A stretch of DNA of 64,000 nucleotides, from positions 15,190,001 through 15,254,000 of the forward strand of contig CM102290.1 in the NCBI GenBank assembly GCA_046563655.1, read 5' to 3'. This document shows, one piece after another, positions 38,916 through 51,525 of this stretch; the first letter of the stretch is position 1, and each line of letters opens with the position of its first letter. Position numbers and translations under genes: made by a program. Below the pieces are notes generated by a model that searched no databases, was not told where the DNA came from, and was given only the letters and a program-made list of their open reading frames with translations. Source of the DNA: Yuukianura sp. NJ FZ-2021. Lineage: Eukaryota.

Positions 38916-41900
38916 ATGGTGCCTTGGGTGGGGGTGAGTGGTCTCCTGCTCCTCACTTTGACCTCCACTTTTCACTTAGCTTTTGGTCAGAAGGATGAAG
39001 TTGACCTCAACATTTGTAAGTTCTCAAACTACATTTATCCCTTCACAAAATCACTTTTTCAAAAACTTGAAACAGAATCTTTAAACTTGGGATTTTTTGT
39101 TCTAATTGTGAAACCTTGTGAAAGAATGTGTTTGTACTTACGTTAGTTAGTTAACTAGCGTGGCATTAGATTAGTAGAATTTTCTTTTGAAAAGAGTCAA
39201 GTAGGCTTCATTTTGAGTAAAACCAAGATGGCGGAGAGGGAAGCGTCCAAGGTTTTCCATGGACACGGACAAATGGCATCACAATTAAAAATTCAACGAA
39301 ATTTGAAATGTGTCGCAAACATTGGGGGTTTTAGATTGGCGTGACACTTATTGGCAGTTGCTTATGGCAAGTCATCAAACTTCGTCTTAACCAACACGAC
39401 ATCTCAAACATCATGACTTTTTCAATTTTCCAAAAATGTACCATTTTGAGAAAATTTTTATTCCATTCACCTCTCCTTGTATTTGTCTAAATCATAGTCA
39501 AGTTTCAATTTTCAAAAGGTGGAAACTGTTGAAAATGAAAAGTTTACCTTCTATTTCAATTTCAAAATATGAGTTTGGAAATGTATGAAACTTTTTGTTT
39601 TTAGTTTTCATTTTCCAAGAAGCCCATTTGAAACCGCTGCTTGATCATGCTGTCAAATTTGCAACTGAAAAACTGGGCGTGAAGGTAGGGAAAGTCCACG
39701 AATTTGACGCCAACTACAATGACTCTCTCAAGCTCACTAATGCTTGTAAGCAACTTTTCCAATTTCAAAAAAAAAGTTTGAAAAGTAGGATTGTATAAAA
39801 AGGAAGCGTACTTATTTGTTAGTCTGCCAAAAGTACGGTGAGGCGATGAGTGGGCCGAACAAGCCTCACATTGCCATTGATTTCACTCGAATTGGAATTC
39901 CGTCAGAGGGCGTCAAAATCGCACTTGCGGCCATGCAAATGCCAACGATTGCAGCAACATTCGGACAAGAGGGAGACATCAGGTATGAATTCACGGTTTC
40001 CGGTCACTCATGGACGGATATTTGTGGACGGTTTTTAACGCAGTGCAATAATGTCCATTCCGTCCATTTCTGTCCACCCGTCCATTTGTGTCTGTAAGTG
40101 GAAAAGTTGGGTGATTCCTAAGTTTGATTTTGCAGATCCTGGCGTGACTTGAACAAGAAGCAGCAAAAGTACTTGATCCAAGTGCCCCCTCCGGCAGACG
40201 TCATCGTCCAGTCAGTGAGGACGATTGTGGAGGCCATGGACATGACGAGTGCTGTCCTCATGTTCGACCCAGACCAATACGGCAGGGATTGAATAAAATA
40301 TATAAAATAATTATACAGAATTATATTTTGATGGAATGATATTACAATGACTTTAGAGATGTACCACAAGTACAAGGCTCTGCTGCAGAACCTGCCGTGT
40401 CGCCATTTGCTGAGCAAGACAGAGACGGAAGTGACTAAACTGCAAGGACAGATCTATCGACTGGTGCATGTGGACATTGTCAACTACTTCATCGCAGGAA
40501 AGGCTGCTCAGATCACAGAAGTCCTCGCAGCAGCCTCCAAGAGAGACGCCGCAGATGGACCCTGGTTCTCCGATGAATTTGCATGGTACTCCATGACACT
40601 CGTAAGTCACTCCCTTGACCTCCAGGTCACCGCTTGACCCCTACAGGTCAACACTTTTGTCTCTCTTTTCCAGACGCCGGAGGAACCCTTTCCCACATGC
40701 AAGTACTGCGAAATCGAGGTCACTCTCGTCCACATGCGTCCCAAACCAATTCCGTCCAACAGACGCAAGGAATTTCTGCACGAAGCCCTCAAACCCACCA
40801 TCCTCTCTCTCACTCACATGTTCTACTTTGACCTCGCAGTGGACGCCATCATCGCAGCCAAGTAAGCATGGACGGCAATGGACGGATCTTTATGGACGGA
40901 TTTTTATCCACGACACAAACGCCACTTTCCTCCCTCAAATATCCAAATTGTCCACAAAGATCCGTACAAAAGCGTCTACTTTAAAAATTAAGCTGAAAGA
41001 GTGTAAACTTGGAAATGTTTTTAGCCAATTGAAGAAAGAGGGCAAGTACGACAATCTGCGACTGGACAGGAACAACTGCACGGCTTACGACGCAGGCGTC
41101 AAGGGAGGTTTTGACGCTCACGACTTGAACCTGTTTCCGGAATTCCAAAAGGCAGCAAAGGACAACATGCTCAAATTCCACTTGGAAAGTGGACTCCCCG
41201 GCAAAAACTACCCCACCTTTGAGCTGGAGATGGTTCGCCTCAACTACTCCACCAACAAAATAGACGGAGTGAGGGACAATATCGGGACTTGGAAGGCGGG
41301 ATTCGACACTCCGCAGAAACAACTCTCCTTCGAAAAGGGCAAGGACCTGGACAATCACAGGGCGCACACCGTCTTTCGAGTCGTCACTTACGTGGTAAGT
41401 CCAAGGGCAAAGGGCTCTCTAACAAGTACTTGATTGTTTCCACTTGGGACAGCAAGAGCCGTTCGTGTTCTACAAAGAGGGATGCAACAACTCTGGAAGG
41501 GAGAACAAGTATGTCAACTGTTTCTATGGTTACTGCATTGATCTCCTGGAGAAGATCAGAGAAGATCTCAAGTTCAACTACACCATAAGGAATGTGTCTG
41601 ATGGGTATGGGTACATGAACACGTCGGAACACGATCCAGACCACAAGTGGAACGGAATGGTCTTAGAACTCAAGGAGAGGGTACCACTTTCCCAAATTTA
41701 CATTTTCATTTCAATTTCAGTTTTCAATTTCAAAATTTGGTTTGTTACAAATTGAATTTGTTGAGTTTTTCAGAGAGCTGACATCGCTCTTGGTGCGATG
41801 TCTGTGATGGCAGAACGGGAAAGTGTGGTTGACTTCACTGTGCCCTACTATGACCTCGTAGGAATTTCAGTCCTCATGAAAAAACCAATAGTGGAAACGT

Positions 41901-43529
41901 CACTTTTCAAGTTTCTAACAGTACTGGAAAATGACGTCTGGATGTGCATTTTAGGCGCCTACTTCTTCACAAGGTTTCAATTTTTACAAGAGTTGGTTTG
42001 AACAAAGTTTAAAAAACGTTTCAACTTCTTTTTAAAACGTTCAGTTTCCTGATGTGGATATTTGACCGTTGGAGTCCTTATAGTTACCAGAACAACCGAG
42101 AAAAGTACGAGGACGACGAGGAGAAGCGAGAGTTCAACCTGAAGGAGTGTCTGTGGTTCTGCATGACTTCCCTGACTCCGCAGGTACTTATACTGCCAGC
42201 ACATACTGGCAGCACATTGTAGTGGAAGTATTTGTAGGGTGGAGGTGAGGCTCCGAAGAACCTGTCTGGTCGCCTGGTGGCAGCGACTTGGTGGCTCTTT
42301 GGCTTCATCATCATCGCCTCCTACACCGCCAACTTGGCAGCCTTCTTGACGGTCTCTCGCTTGGACGCTCCAATTGAGTCGCTCGACGATCTGAGCAAGC
42401 AGTACAAAATCCAGTACGCTCCGATGAAGGGCAGTTCAGCCTGGATCTACTTTGACCGCATGGCGCACATCGAACACCGCTTCTACGAGTAAGTTCCTCA
42501 GAAATGGACTGATGAACTGATGAAATGAACTGATGACTGATGTAGGATTTGGAAGGACATGAGTTTGAATGACAGCATGAGTGACTTTGAGCGGTCGCAA
42601 CTCGCAGTGTGGGACTACCCGGTGAGCGACAGGTACACGAAGATGTGGCAGGCAATGATGGAGAACACTCCGCCTGAAAACTTTACTTTTGCCGTGGAGC
42701 GAGTTCGGGGAGCCAATAAGAGTCAGGCGGAGAAGGAGAAGGACGGATTCGCTTTTCTTGGTCAGTCATTGCTTAAAATTGTAAAAACATTTGACATTAC
42801 TTTGAGAACTGATTTGGAAATTGGATTTTGAAGATGAGGCGACGAATATAAAGTGGCAGACGGTGATCAGTTGCGACTTTGATCAAAAGGGGGAGGAGTT
42901 TTCTCGGAAGCCGTACGCAATCGCAGTGCAGAAAGGCTCTCCTTTGAAGGAATCCATTTCACACATGTAAGAATGACCTAAAAGTTGAAAGAGAAAGTGG
43001 ATTTAAATGTCTGTAGTTGTGTATTTGTTTAGGATTTTGAAGCTGTTGAATCAACGTTACTTGGAGCTGCTGAAAGAGAACTGGTGGAACAATGCCACTT
43101 ACAAGAAGCAGTGTCCAAAGGAGGAGAATCAGTCCGATGGCATCAGCATCCACAACATTGGTACTTTCAAATTTGTAAAAAAAAGGATGAAATTTGTTAA
43201 TTTTGAATGTTGTAGGTGGTGTTTTCATTGTGATTTTCGTGGGGATTGTGATGGCTTGTTTCACTTTGGTGTTCGAGTACTGGTGGTACCGCAAGAGAAA
43301 CGTGAGTGAGGAATTGGCAGAGATGGCTCTGCCTCCACCCAAGGAATTTGGATCCACCTTCACAACCACGCCTGCTCCAACCATCGAAAAAACCAACTTC
43401 AACACGCAATACGACAAGTAAAGAAAAAAAAACACTTTTTCATTTTGTGGAATTGTGCTCAAAAGTGTAACTTTTATTTGTAGACCGCCCGAGCGCACCA
43501 CTCTGCCATCCATTGAGAATGCTTGGTAA
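38916..43529 (+). CDS. Ir25a: Ionotropic co-receptor IR25a paralogue 3 (mosaic S2), 16 coding exons
   Basis: Same exon structure and motifs; intron 4 needs a GC donor (40282); ends LPSIENAW*. Confidence 0.93.
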
Positions 43530-44170
43530 AATGGAGTCTGTGCAGAAAGAGAAAGTGGAGCACTGGACTCCTTTCTCCATTTTAGCTTACGTTAAGCATT
43601 GCATTACAAGTTGGGTTCCTTACTTTGTGCTACGGACACACACTTTTCTTTAGTTAATCCACTCCACATTCCCTTCACCTTTGGAATTAGGCGAATCTTG
43701 ACAAAATAAAAACATCTCTCTTCTTTCATTACAAATTCAACTTTACTTTTATTACAAAAACCAATATAACTCTGTCACCATTTGATCCTTAACTTTTAAA
43801 TTTTACAGCCTCCAATGTTAGGGTACCTACAAATTAGTTGTAACAAATGAAAGTTATACCAATTCAACTTCAAAATAATTTGCCAGCACAGAAGTCTTAC
43901 ATTTTGACTTTCCTCAGTTTGTTTTCCAGCCAAAACTAATTATTAATCATACCAAAAGTCATGAAAATGTAATAAAAAGTAATGAAAGTATAATAAGAGT
44001 ATTGAAGTGAAAAGAGAAGTGGGTTGGTGGGTACAAGGGAGTCCTTACTTCAACCAAAAAGTAGCACACTGTAGTGAGACCAATTTTAAAGGGGAATTGG
44101 TTGGAGCAAAGTTCACAGGAGCTGAGACTGCTGTTGAAAGAGCATTCCAACTTTTTAGAAAAAGTGTCGC

Positions 44171-44180
44171 CTATTTATAA
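44171..44180 (+). promoter_or_regulatory. Candidate MEF2/TATA-like element upstream of troponin T
   Basis: CTATTTATAA fits YTA(A/T)4TAR, upstream of the non-coding first exon of a muscle gene. Confidence 0.4.
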
Positions 44181-44417
44181 CAAAGTGGTTTCTCACTTTG
44201 ATCGGAAGTTGGAGAGTGGGAGGAATTCGTCCATTTGTATTTTTAGCAACTCCATCCTCCACAAACTCACAATTTCCACTTTTCACTCTGCCGAAGTGAG
44301 TGGCCTGGATTTCACTCTCTCTCGCACTTTCACACTCGACACAAGTAAACCATTTAAAACATTTTCTTCTTTTCCTCAATTCTAATTCATTACTTTTTAG
44401 CCTTAATCTGCACCAAC

Positions 44418-47325
44418 ATGTCCGACGAAGAAGAAGTCTACTCGTAAGTGTCCAAATTATTCTTCTCCTTTCACAAATCCCCTCTTTCTAACAACTTCCA
44501 AAGTTCAAAGTTCAAAAAGTGAAAAGCGGACAGAGGAATGCGTGTAACTTCTTTAGCATCCTTGCTCAAAGTTTTTTTTTAAATCTCCCTGTGAGCTAGG
44601 TCTTACTTTCGTTTGAAAATTTGTTCCCAAACATTTTTAAAAGAATTTTGATGGAAAGTTTTGAGGAATTTGGGTTAATTTTGGGTGTAAAGTAAATGGC
44701 GGTTGAAAAAGTTGAAGAAGGTGAGGGATGTGGCTGGGCTGAAAGCGTTTTGCGTCTGGCGTTGTTCCAGGCCCCGAGATGGCCCAGTGCTCCACACTAA
44801 ATTTAGACTCTGTCAAAATGATGAGTGTTCATTCCACTGACAAAGGAAATACTTGAACAGCATTCAAATGTGTCTCTGGAACCACGTTCTGTGCCTCTCT
44901 CCTCTTGACCTTTCACTTTTACACTCTTTTTACATCCACATTTCAAAAACAGAAACTAGTTTGGAATTGTGAATTTGTGTGGTTTGAATTGCAGGGAAGA
45001 GGAGGCGGAGGAAGCGTAAGTCAAAAACTAAAACACATTTCCAGTTCAAAGGTGGAAATTGCAGCGGGGATTTGGTTCAATTTATGTTCTACTTTTTTGT
45101 CTGTCACTTCCAGGAAGTAAGCCCCCACTTCATGAGTCTTAGACAAAGAAAACGTTATGATCTTATAACATTTCCAAACCCAAAACTTGGAATTTTAACT
45201 CACTTTTTTAAATTCAAAGTTTTCACAATTTTTGAATTTTCCAATTGCTATTACTCTCATTTTTGAAAACTTAAGGACAAGAGACCATGAGCCAATTTTT
45301 TGTTGAATTAGTGGATAGACTTGTAGCAGTTTGTTCAAAAAATGATACAACTTTCTTTTTGTGGACAAGGAAAAGGGAAAGGTCTATCCACACTTTTTTT
45401 GTAGAAATGCAAGAGTAATTTGGAGTTGAGACGTAACGATGTTGGGTGTAACCTGAGTTTAACGAAGCCTAACTAAGAGAGTAACTAACACTTTGACGTT
45501 GTTAATTAACGATTTGTTAAACGTACGTCTTTGAAGGGAGGAGCCGAAGGGAGGAGAGGCAGAGTTTCTCAAGGTAACACTGGAAACACTTTGGACAAGA
45601 GAAGAGTGTAATTCAATTTGAAATTCCAGAGACAGCAACATTCGCGTTCTGACTTGGATGAGCAACTGAAGGTGAACTGAAAACGTGAAATGAAATGTAA
45701 AAATATCGAATTGTGTAAAAGTGACTGTTTTGTTGTAACTCAGGAGTACATTTTGGAGTGGAGACGACAGCGGTCGAAGGAGGAGGATGAGTTGAAGAAG
45801 TTGAAGGACAAGCAGGCTAAGCGGAAGGTATGATTTCCTTTAATTTGAAATGGAGGTTGACTCCTTTGTGTTGTAGACACTGCGTGAGCAAGAGGAGAAG
45901 CGACTGGCTGAGAAGAAGAAGGCGGAGGATGAGCGTCGCCTGCGTGAGTTGGAGGAGAAGAAGCAGCGCGAGCAGGAGGAGAAGCTGCGTCGCCTGGAGG
46001 AGGCTGAGCGGAAGCGGCAGTTGATGCTGCAGGCGCAGAAGGTGCTGTGCTTGAGTCAATTGCTTGATCAACAGATGATGAGAGTGTGATTGTTTAGGCG
46101 AGTGTGGGGGGGAAGCTGAGTTTGCAGCGAGATGGGACGGACGACGTAAGTTGTGTCAATACTTAGAGTTGAGCAGTGCTAAGTGTTTTGGTGTAAAAGA
46201 TGCTGGGCATGGGAGATGCTCGAGCGGAGTTGAACAAGACGAAGGAGCAGTTGGAGGAGGAGAAGCGGATCTCCATGAGTTTCCGCATCAAAGCACTGGA
46301 CGTGACTGGGTTGTCTGCGGATGCGTTGAAGAAGAAGGCGCAGGAGTTGTGGGACCATGTCGTAAGGCTGGAGACGGAAAAGTACGACTTGGAGGAACGC
46401 CAGAAACGACAAGACTACGACGTAACTCCTCACTTGGAAACGAAGTAAACGCTTGTTAATCGTTTGTTTCGTTGCAGTTGAAGGAGTTGAAGGAGCGGCA
46501 GAAGCAGCAGTTGAGACACAAAGCGATGAAGAGAGGGCTGGACCCAGAGTAAGTCCACTCATTTCCACCATTACAAGTTAGGAATGTGTACTTTGTAGCA
46601 TTTGAATTCCAGGGCACTCACAGGGAAGTATCCAGTAAGTTCCAGCATTTTGACCTAAATTGAAACAGAGGTGAGTACAAATGAACTGTTTTCAGCCCAA
46701 GTTGCAAGTGGCTTCCAAGTATGAAAGAAGAGTGGACACGAGAACGTACGGAGACAAGAAGAACCTGTTCGAGGGTGTAAGTTCCAGTTTAATTCCACAC
46801 TTAATTACTATATCATCAACTATTAGTTAATTATATAATAAATATTTATAAATATTCAGTAATTAACACTCAAAAGGTCCTTGGAACTGTTGTTTTTTAG
46901 GAACTGGAGAAGCTGAGCAAGGAGACGAATGACAAGCAGTGGGCGGAAACCCTCAAGACGTTCGACGGCAGACAAAAGAGTGAGTTGACCTCATGCTCTG
47001 ACCTTTGACCTTGACATTTCCACAACATTTGAATGTGCTTTGCAGCCAAACTGCCGAAGTGGTTCGGAGAGCGACCTGGAAAGAAGAAGGGAGAAGCAGA
47101 CTCCCCGGAAGAGGAAGAGGTCAAGGTCAGCCACTCACTATACAAATATTAGTACAAAATATTATACTATAAAATATTACATTTTAATTCAAATATTACA
47201 AGGACGCTGGCCTCCCTGACTCCCTCCTTGTCTTTGATGAGGCCAACTTTGAAGCGGAGGCAGAACCAGAACCAGAAGCTGAGGAGGAGGAGGAGGAGGA
47301 AGAGGAGGAGGAGGAGGAGGAGTAA
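44418..47325 (+). CDS. TnT: Troponin T (protostome type with C-terminal poly-Glu tail), many small exons
   Basis: MSDEEEVYS|..EFLK|RQQHSRSDLDEQLK|EYILEWRRQRSKEEDELKKLKDKQAKRK..LETEKYDLEERQKRQDYD..GLDPEALTGKYP|PKLQVASKYERRVDTRTYGDKKNLFE..LPKWFGERPGKKKG..E14*. Confidence 0.97.
44797..44806. promoter_or_regulatory. Candidate intronic MEF2 site in troponin T
   Basis: Perfect CTAAATTTAG in the long first coding intron; motif plus context only. Confidence 0.45.
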
Positions 47326-47806
47326 ATGGGAGTTAAACGTTACACTAATCTTTCACTTCTATACTTCTCCAATGAAGCAAATGAAAGTGCTTCCGAACAT
47401 TGTACAATTTGGAACCAAAATCCTTCAATCTAATAAATTCAAAATCTGAAATTGAAATTGAACATTAAAATTGAAAGAAAAATGTGAGTTTGGTTGAATT
47501 TTTTGTAAAAAGCGTAAAACGTGCTTGTTTTTATTTGGGAATAGTCAACCATGTTGGGTTTGTAGAGAGGAGGTAGAGGTTTAGACTAGATTGAGTAAAG
47601 GACTATGATCAGAGTCAAGTAATTGTGAATGCGAGTCTATCCTAGTAATTCAAACTTCTACAATGTAATAATACTTGGAACTTTTAGCAATTGTTAACAA
47701 TCTCATTCCACCTTGACTAAAAGGCGTTTTAAAACTTATTTGATCAAGTGAAGCTTAAGCTTTTCAGCGATGAACAGCGATGTTCCAGTGTGTGTGTAAG
47801 TAAAAT

Positions 47807-48720
47807 TCATGTGGTGAGGCTGAAGAGAGATTTGTGAATTTCCGAGGAGACGTCTGTTTCGTTGGGGAGGTCTTGGAGGACCCAGGTCTGGTCAGTGTTG
47901 TCCAGCGTCTCTCGACAAGTGGGACAAGTCTTGTGGTTCACATTCCTAGGAAAGAGAGATGAGTTGGTCTGTTGAAATGTGATTTTGATTGAATTGTTAC
48001 CATCGCTCGATGCAGGTTAAGCAGTAAGAGTGCGTGCAGGGCAGAGACACCTCTGGCTTCCTCTCCATGCAGATGCAGCAGTCTTCCAGAGCAGTGGACG
48101 CAGCCAAGTCCCCCACTTTGTCAAAGAGGATGGATGAACTGAGCGGAGTGGCCAAGGGGAAACACTTCCCTTCACTCTCCTCATCTGAGTCTCCGTCTCC
48201 AGGGGCAACAGCACTCAAGTGCAACTGCAGAGTCTGGTACACCTACCACCAAACAACCAATTAACCATTTCATCTCCCACAACTACTTCCAAATTGTACT
48301 TACCTGGAGGAATTGCTTCAGATTGAGCTCCCGCACCTTCTCAACTGTGTCCGTCTTGGGATCAATTTTGATGCATTTGATGCGAACAGTTCCCTTCCAC
48401 AGGATGCTCGTGTCTGTTCCCGGCTTGACTTCAAACAGAAGCTGCTTCCCGTTACAGTCTTCAAACTTGGTGGACCTACCAAATTCCTTGGATTAACTCC
48501 ATTCCTCCTTCATGATTAAAACCATAAACCTCCTCCTCTAATCAACTTACAGCGTGTTCAGTTGACTAATCTTGAGAACAAGGTCGTCGTAGGTCAAGAG
48601 AGTGAGTTGACGAAGAGTCAAGGAATGCTTCCGGATCTGTTCATGCAAAAAGTCCAGATCAGATCCAGAAGAAGGTCCTGGTGCTGGAGAGGGTGAGTCC
48701 AAACTGGTGGATTGTCCCAT
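47807..48720 (-). CDS. RNF141: RING finger protein 141, 4 coding exons
   Basis: MGQSTS N-myristoylation-type start, LTYDDLVLKISQLN, RELNLKQFLQ, CCICMERKPEVSLPCTHSYCLTCIERW..TCPTCRE..TWVL. Confidence 0.9.
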
Positions 48721-49247
48721 TCCTACAAACAACAAAACCAATTGAGTTTAGACAACACAGTCACTTCCAATGACCTCTTCACTGATACCATATCTCTCTA
48801 GCATAATCATCCTCACAAATCAATTAATAATCAACAGTTAATCATTATCTTACCCAAATACTCCAAACAGAAAGAGAAACGATCTTGATTAATCAAATGA
48901 AATTAAAATGTTAATTGAATTGACAAATGTCAAATAAACACTTTATTAAAAACTAAATGTGTTTTGGTTTTAGTTAATTTGAAAATAGTTGGCGCAATTT
49001 CGTCTCAAGTTCAAGTAGCGAGAAGACTAATAGTCGGATAACCCTGTCAGCAGTTTCACTTTTTTCTGAGAATTAGGCATCAAGCACACTTTGACTTGAG
49101 ACACCACGGCGGGAAGTAGTTTTAAAAACTCAAATTGAAAAAACAATTTCTTTTGTCTGATGTTTAATCATTAATTTTATTTGGATTGAATAAGTTAATT
49201 AGTGCTTAGAAGTTAGTTAATTAATCCTGTTCACTATTATTGGAGTG

Positions 49248-51063
49248 ATGAAGATGGAGAGTTGTGGAGAGGAATCAGTGTCACTGAGTGAAGGAGACCC
49301 TTGTCTTGGCTACACTTCTTGTGTGAGGGTGAATGGACGACCAATACTCCCTCCACTCGTAAGTTAACACAAAGTCACCACTGACCTAACCTTTCCTCAT
49401 GAATTTGTGTTGTGCAGATGACGGAGGCTAAGCGGCAGGAAATGCGACACTTGAAGGAAATGGCTATGAGACGAGAGGAGGAACGACGCAGAGGGCCCAA
49501 TCCTACCCCGCAACCAACGGTGGACGTTGTGGACAACTCTGCCTCTTCTGGTCATGATGTCAATGTTTCCTCTTCCAAGGACACAATTGTCCAATGTCAC
49601 TCAAACACTCCGCAGCAACAGCAAGAAGTCTCATTTACTTTTGTTCCTGTTCCAGCAGTTCGTAAAAAGAAGTATTTCGAAGATGTTCCTTCCGCCAAAG
49701 GATGTTCAGCTATCCAGGATCAACCACAAACTGCACCAGAAACTGCACCAGAATCTGTGCCAGAAACTGCACCAGAATCGGTACCACAAACTGCACCAGA
49801 ACCAGACGAGGAACATGAAGATGATGATACATACAGTCAAACAAGCTTTGAATCCGCCACTTCCGTTCTCAGTTCAGCAACGTTTGTTATTGAAACGAGT
49901 CAGTCCTACGCAGCACTCAACCACTCTTGCATTTCGGATGGGGAATTGGTGGACTTTGATGAAGATGAGTTGGATGACGCTGTGAGTTTGGGAGTACGCA
50001 GACTCAAAATCAGTTCAGAACAACGTCACTCTCCAAGTGAGAACACTGAGAATATTCCTCCATCCTCCAACCCATCCTCCAAGGGAAACAGCATCACTTC
50101 TCTTCTCACCAACACAACTGCTCAATCCAAACCTCCGTCCAAATCCATCTTCGACTCCATCGGACTCTCTCGACTCAAATCTCAAATGCGACTCATGTCT
50201 CCGTCCATCTTCAAACGACTGCCTCGTGACACGAGATCTCCACTCCTCAAAGGAGTTGTGTTCATGGATCCTCTCACTCGACCTCGCGCCATCAAGAGAA
50301 TCCCTCCCAAGGTACGTCCCTTAAGGCTCATTCACTTATTCATTAGTCTCACTTACTTTGTTTGTCTTAGGCTCTGGACCCTGCGATGAAGCCAAAGTTC
50401 GACCGAGTGACAGCGGGTGTCAAGGGCTACTTGACTCGTCGTCTTCTCAAGACAAAGAAAGTGTCTGTTCTGTTGCAGACAATCCAGGAGAGTGTTGTGC
50501 TCATTCTGAATTTGTATGTGGAGGGGAGTCGCATGGTGGGGAGTGAGTTGCCGCATGTTTCCACTGCAGATGCAGAGTTGCATGATCGTCTTGTTCAGCA
50601 GGTAGGTCAAGTGCTGTCAATGTCAAAGGTCACACAAATTACTCATTTTATTTTTGTAGCTGAACGGTGCTTGTACTGGAGTGCGGGAGATCTTTTCCCA
50701 CTTGTCTATCAAGGAACGCATGGCAATCATCTCTACAGACAGAAATCTGGAGAGAAACAAGGTTTTGAGGGAGATGGAGATGAAGGCGTCTGGGAGGAAG
50801 AACATTTCCATTGCCACTCTGCGCTCCATGCAACGGCGCCAAACGCTCACTAAGAGGTAAGCCCTCAGTCCTGGAATTAGTTTGTAGTTGTGACTTTTAA
50901 ATGATGTTTGTATTGCAGTGACTCTGGAACTCCGCTCAAACGGAAGAAGCACAAGTCAGAGAAGGAGAATCGTCCGCTGCAAGTGCCGAGTCACGTCGTG
51001 CGTCCTGCTCCTGGAAGGTTGACGGTGAAGAACGAGAAGAAGCGTGTGTTGCGAGGCCACTGA
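49248..51063 (+). CDS. CCP110: Centriolar coiled-coil protein CP110-like
   Basis: N-terminal SCVRVNGRPILPPL|MTEAKRQEM; C-terminal TAGVKGYLTRRLLKT..DAELHDRLVQQL..EIF..ERMAIISTDR; KEN motif near the end. Confidence 0.8.
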
Positions 51064-51525
51064 ATCTCCTCCTCATGTCCATACTCACTCAATGTCAGAG
51101 TAATGTTCCTCTTTTCCTATTTTTGTAACCTCTTTTGTCAAAGTTCATAATAAATATGGGAGTGGAGTATTGATTTAAGAAGTACTGTGGAAGTATTGAC
51201 ACAAGATGTTTATGGTGATTGGATTAGTTTCGTGTTGAGTGCGTCATATCCGTGTGGAGGGATTAAGAGGAGCAGATCCACATTTGGACTCATCTGTTGT
51301 CTTTTCATCTTGTATTGAACGGAGTGTCGGTAGGGAAGGACGCAGTTCCTCAATTAGTAATTGACAATTACTGTCCACTACTCATCTAACCTTGACCTTT
51401 GCTGTCTTTGTGTAAAGTGAGCATTGGTTGGGCTCTGTCGGAGGTTCCTGTGACAAACGTAAGTCTTTTATTCGTTAACAGAGTTAACAAGACAAGTAGT
51501 GATGATTGATTTGGGTGATGACAGG

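Noticed and set aside
28181..43529. AMPA/kainate receptors, or one gene with mutually exclusive exon cassettes
   Set aside because: CREL and IR25a-specific motifs are present, and each unit has its own signal peptide, stop codon and poly(A) signal.
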